DNA from: Candidatus Latescibacterota bacterium
Lineage (GTDB): Bacteria > Latescibacterota > UBA2968 > GCA-2709665
DNA: 64,000 bases
Assembly: GCA_965208835.1 (NCBI GenBank)
Contig: OZ242358.1
Coordinates: 2,336,001-2,400,000, forward strand
Direction of reading: 5' to 3'
The notes under the pieces are model-generated. The model made no database searches and was not told the origin of the DNA. It saw nothing but the letters and a program-made list of their open reading frames with translations. The position numbers and the translations under genes are program-made. This document shows positions 55,787-64,000 of this stretch, in pieces (within the stretch, counting starts at the first letter, position 1; every line of letters starts with the position of its first letter).

Positions 55787-56974
55787 GTGGCGCAGTCGTT
55801 GAAGGATGCCTTACGGAAGCTGAAGGCGAACGGGATCCCCGGGTTGCCCGGGCGTTCGCGGCCCGGGTCCGCCGACGAAGGAACCGGAGCGCAAGTGCTG
55901 GTGGCTTCCCAGTGGCGGCTGATGTGGTGGAAGTTCCGGAAACACCAGCTGGCGAAGATCGCGGGCGCGGTCCTGATTCTCTTCTATCTCGTGGCGGGAT
56001 TCTGCGAGTTCGTGGCGCCGCACGATCCGCACAGCCTGAATACGAAATACATCCACGCGCCCCCTCAAAAGGTCCGATTCTTCGACGCAGAGGGGGCGTT
56101 TCATTTCCGGCCCTTCGTGTACCGGCATGTCCAGCAGCGGGACCCGGTCACGCTCCGCCTCTCCTATCACGAAGACCACTTCCAGCGATTCCCCATACGG
56201 TTCTTTGTCAAGGGTGATCCCTATGCGCTGTGGGGGTGGGTCCGCATGGAACGCCACCTGATCGGTCTCGACAACGGGGAACGCCTGTTCTTGCTGGGTG
56301 CGGATCGCATGGGCCGGGACCTGCTTTCGCGAATCGCCTACGGGGCGCGGATATCGTTGTCGATCGGCCTCATCGGCATCGCCATCAGCTTCGTGCTGGG
56401 ATTGATCATGGGGGGCATCTCCGGCTATTTCGGCGGGAGAATCGACGACGTGATCCAGCGGCTGATCGAGTTCATCATGGGAATCCCCGGCCTGCCGCTC
56501 TGGATGACGCTCAGTGCGGCGCTGCCGCCCGACTGGCCGATCATCCGCGTCTACTTCGGCATCACGATCATTCTCGCTTTCGTGGGCTGGACCGGCCTCG
56601 CCCGGGTCGTCCGCGGGCGGTTTCTGGCGTTGAGGGAAGAGGACTTCGTGATGGCGGCGCGCCTGGGCGGCGCCCGGGAGAGCCGGATTATCGCCAAGCA
56701 CATGGTGCCTTCTTTTCTAAGTTATATCATCGCCGCGCTCACGCTGGCGGTGCCGCAGATGATTCTGGGCGAGACGGCGCTGAGCTTCATCGGGCTGGGG
56801 TTGCGTTCGCCGGCGATCAGCTGGGGTGTGCTGTTACAGGACGCGATGAACATACGGGCGGTGGCGCATTTCCCCTGGCTGCTGCTGCCGGGCGGGTTCG
56901 TGATCGTCGCCGTGCTCGCGTTCAACTTTCTAGGAGACGGGCTGAGAGACGCGGCCGATCCGTATTCACGGTAG
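55787..56974 (+). CDS. ABC transporter permease (DppC/OppC-like); start uncertain
   Basis: LLGADRMGRDLLSRI.YGARISL, ETALSFIGLG, SWG.LL and NFLGDGLRDAADP. Confidence 0.92.
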   Translation: MAQSLKDALRKLKANGIPGLPGRSRPGSADEGTGAQVLVASQWRLMWWKFRKHQLAKIAGAVLILFYLVAGFCEFVAPHDPHSLNTKYIHAPPQKVRFFDAEGAFHFRPFVYRHVQQRDPVTLRLSYHEDHFQRFPIRFFVKGDPYALWGWVRMERHLIGLDNGERLFLLGADRMGRDLLSRIAYGARISLSIGLIGIAISFVLGLIMGGISGYFGGRIDDVIQRLIEFIMGIPGLPLWMTLSAALPPDWPIIRVYFGITIILAFVGWTGLARVVRGRFLALREEDFVMAARLGGARESRIIAKHMVPSFLSYIIAALTLAVPQMILGETALSFIGLGLRSPAISWGVLLQDAMNIRAVAHFPWLLLPGGFVIVAVLAFNFLGDGLRDAADPYSR

Positions 56975-56983
56975 AAGGGAACC

Positions 56984-57985
56984 ATGGATCCATCGATTTT
57001 GCTTGAAGTCCGCCGTCTGCGCGCTCATTTCTTCTCCGACGAGGGTACGGTGCGGGCCGTCGACGGGGTGGATTTCCGGATCATGAAGGGAGAGACGCTG
57101 GGCGTGGTGGGAGAAAGCGGCTGCGGCAAGAGCGTGACGGCCCAATCCATTCTCCAGATCCTGCCCAGGAACGGACGGATCGTCTCGGGGGAGGTGCTGC
57201 TGCAGGCCAACGGGAAAGTCGTCGACCTGGCGAGGCTGAAGCCGAACGGCAGGGCGATTCGGAATATCCGCGGCAAGGAGATCGCCATGATGTTCCAGGA
57301 GCCCATGACCTGCCTGAGTCCGGTCCATACCATCGGGAATCAGATCGAAGAGGCCATCCGGCTTCATCGGAGCGCGGACCGGAAGGAAGCGCGCGAGATC
57401 GCCGTCGACATGCTGCACAAATGCGGTATCCCCGAACCGGAACGGAGGGTGGACGCCTACCCCCACCAGTTGAGCGGGGGCATGCGGCAGCGCGCGATGA
57501 TCGCGATGAGTCTGTCCTGTCGGCCCCGCCTGCTGATCGCGGACGAGCCGACAACGGCGCTGGACGTGACCACGCAGGCGCAGATCCTGGACCTGCTGAA
57601 GGCGTTGCAGGAGGAGATCCATACCTCCATCATGATGATTACGCACAACCTTGGAGTCGTGGCGGAACTGGCGGACCACGCGATGGTGATGTACCTGGGC
57701 AAAGTCGTCGAGTTTGCGCGTTGCGAGACCATATTCAACGATCCGAAACATCCGTATACCCGCGCCCTGCTGAAATCCATTCCACGATTGGGACGCAAGG
57801 CGAAGGAAGGACTGCTGTCAATCGAAGGATCGGTGCCGAATCCGTACGAACTGCCCAAAGGCTGCATGTTTCATCCGCGGTGTCCGGACCGGATAGAAGG
57901 CGTGTGCGACCGGTACGAGCCGGAGCTGACGAAAATCGGTTCCGAACACGGCGTGAGTTGTTTCCTGTATTCCGATCCGAACTGA
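56984..57985 (+). CDS. ABC transporter ATP-binding protein (DppD/OppD-like)
   Basis: GESGCGKS, LSGGMRQR, IADEPT and HPYT..C.FHPRC. Confidence 0.95.
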   Translation: MDPSILLEVRRLRAHFFSDEGTVRAVDGVDFRIMKGETLGVVGESGCGKSVTAQSILQILPRNGRIVSGEVLLQANGKVVDLARLKPNGRAIRNIRGKEIAMMFQEPMTCLSPVHTIGNQIEEAIRLHRSADRKEAREIAVDMLHKCGIPEPERRVDAYPHQLSGGMRQRAMIAMSLSCRPRLLIADEPTTALDVTTQAQILDLLKALQEEIHTSIMMITHNLGVVAELADHAMVMYLGKVVEFARCETIFNDPKHPYTRALLKSIPRLGRKAKEGLLSIEGSVPNPYELPKGCMFHPRCPDRIEGVCDRYEPELTKIGSEHGVSCFLYSDPN

Positions 57986-58375
57986 CATGGATGGACACGA
58001 TAAACAGGATGACTGGCAATCGGCCTGGCGCACACGACATTTGCCTGATGAAAGCGATGTATCCCTGGATGAGAAACCACGCGACGTCATTGAGGCCCCC
58101 GTTGCCATCGCTTGCCGAAACGTGGTCATTGCCTGTGCTGAGCTTGTCGAAGCAAGCTTGTCGAAATGCCCGTGTTTCGCGATGAATCCCGATCGTACCG
58201 CGAGCCCTTCGCCGACCCTTCGACACCCTTCGACAGGCTCAGGGCAAGTGCTCAGGGAGCAGCTCAGGGCTGGGGCGCATTGCTGGCCTTGCGACTCAGT
58301 CACAGAATCCCGTCAAGCTGTTTTAGGGATAGAATATCGCTGCCCGTATCCACCCGTGCGCCATGAAAGTTGACC
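57986..58375. repeat. REP-like mosaic inside the ABC operon
   Basis: ctgagcttgtcgaagcaagcttgtcgaa followed by cccttcgacacccttcgacaggctcaggg and gctcaggg units. Confidence 0.65.
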
Positions 58376-59404
58376 ATGTCCGATAGCAATTCCGTACTCC
58401 TGGACGTGAAGAACCTGCGGAAGTACTTCCCCATTACCGAAGGGTTTCTGAAACGCGTGGTGGGTCAGGTGAAGGCTGTGGACGGCGTCAGTTTTGCGGT
58501 GAAGAGACAGGAAACGCTGGGCCTGATCGGCGAGAGCGGGTGCGGCAAGACAACGGTCGGCAGGAGCATACTCAGGGCGATCGAGCCCACGGAAGGCGAG
58601 GTGCTCTTTGAGGATGGGGGAACGATGGTCGACGTCTGCCGGCTGTCGCGGAGGGAGCTGAGGACGTTCCGCAGACATATGCAGATGGTTTTTCAGGATC
58701 CGTATTCTTCGCTCAATCCCCGCATGACCGTCTTCGACATCGTGGCGGAGCCGCTGGTGGTGAACCGGATCGCACGCGGCGCCGAGCTGGAGGACCGCGT
58801 GGCGGAACTGCTCAGGGTCGTCGGGCTGGATCCGCAGTTCATGCGCCGCTATCCCCACGCGTTCAGCGGCGGCCAGCGTCAGCGGATCGGCGTCGCCAGG
58901 GCACTGGCGTTGAACCCCAGGCTGATCATCGGCGATGAACCCGTTTCGGCGCTGGACGTCTCGGTTCAGGCGCAGGTGTTGAATCTGCTTCAGGAACTGC
59001 AGGACCGGATGGGGCTCACGTATCTGTTCATTTCGCACGATCTGGCGGTGGTGGAGCACATCAGCGACCGGATCGCCATTATGTACGTCGGACAGATCGT
59101 GGAACTGGCGGACGAGGAGACGTTGTTTGCGACGCCGAAACATCCCTACACCGAAGCGCTGCTTTCGGCCGTCCCGAAGCCCGATCCGGCGTACAAGAAG
59201 CGGAAGATTCTGCTGCAGGGCGAAGTGGCCGATCCGGCCAATCCTCCGTCGGGATGCTATTTCCATCCGCGCTGCCCGTACGTGGAGGACGTGTGCCGGG
59301 AGGAGTCGCCCGAGCTCGTCGACGTCGCGCCGGCGGATTCAGACCCGCATTTCGTCCGCTGCCATTTCAGCGATACGTTAAACCTGGTCGGCATCGAAGC
59401 ATGA
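58376..59404 (+). CDS. ABC transporter ATP-binding protein (DppF/OppF-like)
   Basis: [27 protein letters not shown] and [14 protein letters not shown]. Confidence 0.95.
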   Translation: MSDSNSVLLDVKNLRKYFPITEGFLKRVVGQVKAVDGVSFAVKRQETLGLIGESGCGKTTVGRSILRAIEPTEGEVLFEDGGTMVDVCRLSRRELRTFRRHMQMVFQDPYSSLNPRMTVFDIVAEPLVVNRIARGAELEDRVAELLRVVGLDPQFMRRYPHAFSGGQRQRIGVARALALNPRLIIGDEPVSALDVSVQAQVLNLLQELQDRMGLTYLFISHDLAVVEHISDRIAIMYVGQIVELADEETLFATPKHPYTEALLSAVPKPDPAYKKRKILLQGEVADPANPPSGCYFHPRCPYVEDVCREESPELVDVAPADSDPHFVRCHFSDTLNLVGIEA

Positions 59405-61332
59405 AAGTCTTCCGTAAAACAGCCTGCCGCACCGCGGGCATCCTCGCGAGTCCGGTCATTCTGCTCGCCTGGTTGTGTTCGCCCGCCGACGCTGAAGTGC
59501 AGGCATCTCTTAGGACGCTGAACGAAGCGCCGATGCTCAGAGAGCGCGTCCGGAACGGCCAGCTTCCCGCGTTGCGGGAGCGGTTGCCGGAGGCGCCGGC
59601 GGTGGTGCGGCCGGTGGAACGGATCGGCAAGTACGGCGGGACGTGGAGGCGGGTGCACATGGGCATGCCGGACCGGGCCGGATGGATGCGGCTGACCTAC
59701 GATCCTCTCCTGCGCTGGTCAAAGGATTACGCCAGGGTAGAGCCCAATCTCGCCCACGCCTGGGAGGTTTCGGAAGACGGCCGGGAATTCACGTTCCACC
59801 TGCGGAAGGGGATTCGCTGGTCCGACGGCGCGCCGTTCACGGCCAACGACTACATGTTCTGGTACGAAGACGTCATTCTGAACGACGATCTGAATCCCGT
59901 CAAGCCGAGCTGGCTCACAATCGCCGGCGAACTGGGCGTTGTCGAGCGGGTGGACGACCATACCATCCGGTTTCGTTTCGTGAAACCCAACGGCGTGATC
60001 CTGCAGTGGTTGGCCTCCTGGACGGACATCGTCGCCGGTCCGCCGCCGAAGCACTATCTCAAGCAGTTCCACCCCAGGTACGTTTCGAAGGAGAAACTGG
60101 ACGCCGTCGTGATCGAGGAAGGGTACGACACCTGGATGGCGCTGTACGATACCAAGAGCACCGCATTTCTGAATCCGGAACGGCCCGTGCTGTGCGCCTG
60201 GCAGGCGAGGACCGGAGCGGATGCGGCCATCTTCATCGCGGAGCGCAACCCGTTTTACTGGAAGGTGGACCCGGCGGGCAACCAGCTTCCGTACATCGAC
60301 AGGGTGGAGATGACGCTTGTGCAGAGCGCGGAGACGGTGACGCTCAAGGCCATCGCGGGCGAGATCGACATGCAGAGCCGGCGGGTCGAATTCATGAACT
60401 ACCCGCTACTGATGGAACACCGGGAGAGCGGTGGATACCGCGTCCTGCGCTGGAAGCCGGCGACCACGGGTCAGGGCACCGTGTATCTGAATCAGAACTA
60501 CACCCACCAGGACCCGGTGATGGGCGCCCTGCTCAGGAATCGCCGATTCAGACGGGCGCTGTCGCTCGGCATCGACCGGCGACAGATCATCGATCTGTTC
60601 TATATGGGAGTGACCGAGCCGAGACAGGTCGTCCCGTACACGGACGAACTGCACGGTGTGCCCAGTACCGATACACTGTACACCGTATATGATCCGGACC
60701 GGGCGAATCGTCTACTCGATGGTATCGGGCTGGACAGGCGGGACGGCGCGGGATACCGATTGCGTCCCGACGGTAAACGTCTGAAGTTCACCATCGCCGG
60801 ATTCACGCCGGGGACCGCCTACGTGGACGTGGCCGAACTGCTGGCCTCCCAGTGGACCGTGCTGGGCATCCAGTCCACGGTCAAACCCGAAGACGTGGCG
60901 CTGTGGGTGACGCGCGCCACGGCCGGCGAACACCACGTCTCCGTCTACGCTGCGTCGGGCGGGTTTCGGCCGCTGATGGATCCCGTGTGGTTCTTCCCGT
61001 CGGCGTCCACGGCGTACTGGGCGCCGCTCCACGGACTCTGGTACAGCAGCGGGGGAAGGGCGGGTGAAAAACCCACCGGGGACATCGCCCGCATCGTGGA
61101 GATCTACGAGCAGGCGATGACCACGATGGACGAAAACGAGCAGGTGGCGCTCGTGAAGCAGGCCGTGAGGATGCACTCGGAAAACCTCTGGCGAATCGGC
61201 GTGTGCGGCGGGTTCGACCAGGTGTTCGTTGTCAAAAACGATTTCCGCAACGTTCCCGAAACCGGTCTGGGCGACAACCCGCTGCTCACGCCGGGCTACA
61301 CCCATACCGAACAGTATTTCTTCGATCGATAA
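59401..61332 (+). CDS. ABC transporter substrate-binding protein (family 5)
   Basis: Signal peptide; [51 protein letters not shown] and EQYFF. Confidence 0.92.
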   Translation: MKVFRKTACRTAGILASPVILLAWLCSPADAEVQASLRTLNEAPMLRERVRNGQLPALRERLPEAPAVVRPVERIGKYGGTWRRVHMGMPDRAGWMRLTYDPLLRWSKDYARVEPNLAHAWEVSEDGREFTFHLRKGIRWSDGAPFTANDYMFWYEDVILNDDLNPVKPSWLTIAGELGVVERVDDHTIRFRFVKPNGVILQWLASWTDIVAGPPPKHYLKQFHPRYVSKEKLDAVVIEEGYDTWMALYDTKSTAFLNPERPVLCAWQARTGADAAIFIAERNPFYWKVDPAGNQLPYIDRVEMTLVQSAETVTLKAIAGEIDMQSRRVEFMNYPLLMEHRESGGYRVLRWKPATTGQGTVYLNQNYTHQDPVMGALLRNRRFRRALSLGIDRRQIIDLFYMGVTEPRQVVPYTDELHGVPSTDTLYTVYDPDRANRLLDGIGLDRRDGAGYRLRPDGKRLKFTIAGFTPGTAYVDVAELLASQWTVLGIQSTVKPEDVALWVTRATAGEHHVSVYAASGGFRPLMDPVWFFPSASTAYWAPLHGLWYSSGGRAGEKPTGDIARIVEIYEQAMTTMDENEQVALVKQAVRMHSENLWRIGVCGGFDQVFVVKNDFRNVPETGLGDNPLLTPGYTHTEQYFFDR

Positions 61333-61356
61333 AAGCCCTGCACGCGTTGGCGATAA

Positions 61357-62280
61357 CTGTCATCCAGAGGAGGCCCCCCGGGCCGACGAGGGATCTACTG
61401 CAGCATCGATTCATCAGTGCGCGACTTGCACATGTCGATACCCAATAGGCAGCACAACCCCTCCTTCTAGCACACCCCTCCTTGATCGCATTCGATTTCA
61501 CGACTGACATCTCCACGTGACGTACGTAAGGGTGGGGCAGACATTCCTGTCTGCCCACGTCAGGGTTCTTCTGTGATAATGCAGATAGACATCGTAGGGG
61601 CAGGTTTCAAACCTGCCCCTGCAAATTGGATTGTCGAGCCAGCTTTGGGTCTCGTAGGCAACACTCTGTCTCATATGCATTCGATTTCCAACTCAGAGGA
61701 CTTGCCCTGTTTGTGCTGAGCTTGTCGAAGCAAGCCTGCCTGCATTGAGCTTGTCGAAATGTCGAATGGTGACCCCCGGGCCGCCGAAGGATCTACTGCA
61801 GCATCGGAGCATCCCCGCGCGCCTTGCCCGTGGCGACACCCGAGAGGCAGCATGTCCGGCTCCTGAAGCTTCAGATACTATCTGAGTGTCTGTCATTCGC
61901 CCCACCCGCCAGCCAGCACACCCCCTCCCTTTTTCCGTTCGGTTCCCCAATGATTCCCTGATCGACCTCGCGAGAGTCGTGACGTGAAGGTGGGGCGGAC
62001 ATTCCTGTCTGCCCACGTCAAGGTTCTTCTGTCGAAATGCTGAAAGACAGCGTAGGGGCAGGTTTCAAACCTGCCCCTACAGGTTGGATTGTCGAGCCAG
62101 CTTTGGGTCTTGTAGGCAATACTCTGTTTCATATGCATCGGATTTCCAACTGCCATCCAGAGGACTTGCCCTGAGCTTGTCGAAGGGTGCCCCATGGGCC
62201 GACGAAGGATCTCCTGCCGCATGGGAGCATCCTCGCACGCCTTTCACGTGTCGATTCCCGAGAGGCAGCACAACCGCGTT
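61357..62280. repeat. Tandemly duplicated (~458-bp period) mosaic of REP-like palindromes (BIME-like)
   Basis: gtggggc(a/g)gacattcctgtctgcccac at 61532 and 61990; gtaggggcaggtttcaaacctgcccct at 61594 and 62052; conserved linkers between them. Confidence 0.85.
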
Positions 62281-62985
62281 TTCTGAGTCGCTGGTTCTAC
62301 GAGGAATCCCTGATTGCTGCTCCGGAAAACGCGGTGTGTTTCGAATCTCAGTTGCGAATCCGTGCCTCATTGAGCAAGAAAACACAGGAATTCATCAAAA
62401 AATCATCATTATCGACCAACATTTCAGTGATAATCCAACAAAAATGTTTTACTTTACCGTCCGCGCTGACGCAATTTGCAACACATTCGCTGACCATAGC
62501 GTCGTTGAATCGTCCTCGAGCGCTATCGTCCGAAGATTTGAGGCTGAATGTCGTCCCGGGATACCACGGCGCTGGGAAGCACAGAGCCACCGCTGCGGTT
62601 CAATATACAACCATCAACGCCTGTTTTCAGCCCGGCGTCCCCGTCAGGCAAACCTGACTCACCGGCAATGCTCGATAGTTCTTCCCGTCGAGAAGCCGTC
62701 TTCCTCGCTTTTCTCCTACTCTACGAATTCTATCCATCCGTGACGCGAGCCGGTAGGCGCACACGTCTGCACGTGATCGGATCAATCCGTGTGCGGCGCC
62801 GGTGTGAGTTCCCATCGGCAACCTCCGCCCGCGGCAACGCTGTCCGGGAAACGCTATCACACAGAAAATCAACCGGGAAATGCCGATGTGGATTCCGCGT
62901 GCTTCCCAATCGGAATCGGGCGGTCGCATTTCGGAGCGCACCCATTCGTGTCATCGTGCAGGTAAACGAGTCATAGGAGGCAGGT

Positions 62986-64000
62986 ATGTTGCGGAGCTTG
63001 GTTGTAACCGTATCCACGGCATTCGCGCTGGTCGGTTCGACGTGGACTGGAGACGTCGGCTTTATAAGACCGCATTCCGTTTCTGCGCAGGGTGTGTCTC
63101 ATTTGGCGGTCATTCCTGAATACGTTGAGGACCTTTCCAGCCACCCGCGTTTATTGCTGGACACCAGGATCGAGACTCCTGCGCGGAACAACAGCGTACT
63201 GACCCTTCCTGAGAAGAAGGTGGGGGAAACGATGCAACTTCAACTCTTTGCGCCGGATCTGGCGGGCCAGCAGATGTTGGGTATGGGGGTTGAACTCGCG
63301 TTGCGGGGCAAGACGTTTAGCAGCTATGTCGACGACCTGTCCTATACCGGTCCTTTTCCGCTACAGCTAGAAGCGGAGGATTCGAACCTTGTCGTAGCGT
63401 CTCTGACTGCGGTGACGGTCGCAGCCAGCGGATATCTGGGGCAGATAGACCTGGAAGCGCGGGGCGAACTGACGTCGTCGGACGCGCTGACGGTGCGGTC
63501 GGCTGAGATGGCAGGCGCAGACGGGAATGTGGAGAATCTGGACGTGTCGCAAGCGGTACTGACCTTTAGGCAGGCGCCGGCGTGTCCTGGGGATTTTGAC
63601 GGGAACGGGATGGTTAACCTGGTCGATTTTCTGGCTTTTGCACGCGGCTTCGGCACGCGTTCCGGGGATGCCAATTACGATGCGCAATTAGATATGGACG
63701 GTAGCGGCGCGGTCGATCTATCGGATTTTCTGGCCTTTGCAGGCGTATTCGGCACGACGTGCGCCGTACAGGTGTCCCCTCCCGTGACCATTCCTGATGC
63801 CAACCTGCGCGCGGTGATCGAGGACAGCCTCGGGAAAGCGAGCGGTGCACCCATCACGCGTGAAGAGATGGCGACGTTGACGCGGCTCGACGCGCCGAAC
63901 ACGGGCGTTCGAGACCTGACCGGGCTCGAGCATGCGACCAACCTGACAAGGCTGGATCTTGGCACCGTGTGGCGATCCGGCGAGGGCTGGGTCAATACCA
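62986..64000 (+). CDS. Secreted modular protein: beta-rich (cohesin-like) domain, dockerin/EF-hand pair and internalin-type LRR (runs off the window)
   Basis: Not in the ORF track. RBS aggagg; open from ATG 62986: MLRSLVVTVSTAFAL...GDFDGNGMVNLVDFLAFA...DMDGSGAVDLSDFLAFA...IPDANLRAVIEDSLGK...DLTGLEHATNLTRLDL. Confidence 0.85.
   Translation, partial: MLRSLVVTVSTAFALVGSTWTGDVGFIRPHSVSAQGVSHLAVIPEYVEDLSSHPRLLLDTRIETPARNNSVLTLPEKKVGETMQLQLFAPDLAGQQMLGMGVELALRGKTFSSYVDDLSYTGPFPLQLEAEDSNLVVASLTAVTVAASGYLGQIDLEARGELTSSDALTVRSAEMAGADGNVENLDVSQAVLTFRQAPACPGDFDGNGMVNLVDFLAFARGFGTRSGDANYDAQLDMDGSGAVDLSDFLAFAGVFGTTCAVQVSPPVTIPDANLRAVIEDSLGKASGAPITREEMATLTRLDAPNTGVRDLTGLEHATNLTRLDLGTVWRSGEGWVNT

Noticed and set aside
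61340-62980. Short ORFs in the repeat region after the ABC operon
   Set aside because: They translate REP-like palindromes (PSTSSG, ADRNVCPT, RGRFETCPY motifs) and are not credible proteins.

Overview
GC-rich bacterial chromosome segment. The gene content suggests a sponge-associated or marine FCB-group lineage such as Latescibacterota or Gemmatimonadota (inference only): PhyH-HEAT fusion, heparinase II/III-like protein, dockerin/EF-hand and FlgD-type C-terminal domains, LRR and DUF285 surface proteins. About 47 CDSs are present. They include housekeeping genes (nadB, guaA, glnA, hrcA-grpE-dnaJ without dnaK, metG, an orphan mraY, ggt), catabolic modules (MaoC/CitE/CoA-transferase, SBP56/methanethiol-oxidase-like, enolase superfamily, M20 hydrolases) and a peptide/nickel-type ABC transporter operon. 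A ~16 kb block of surface proteins and two OmpR-type regulators lies next to tRNA-Glu(CTC). Intergenic DNA holds several families of MITE/REP-like palindromes and an 8-bp tandem repeat. The best candidate for an undescribed system is upstream of a short, motif-divergent metG: a sigma70 promoter, a 52-aa leader ORF with a Met-Cys-Met-Met cluster, a possible antiterminator and a strong intrinsic terminator, i.e. a probable Met-sensing ribosome-mediated attenuator. The second candidate is 11-bp-phased TCAC direct repeats in front of both large surface-protein genes, which flank the OmpR-type regulators. Many start codons were re-chosen by eye from RBS position, and all family assignments come from motif recognition, not database searches.
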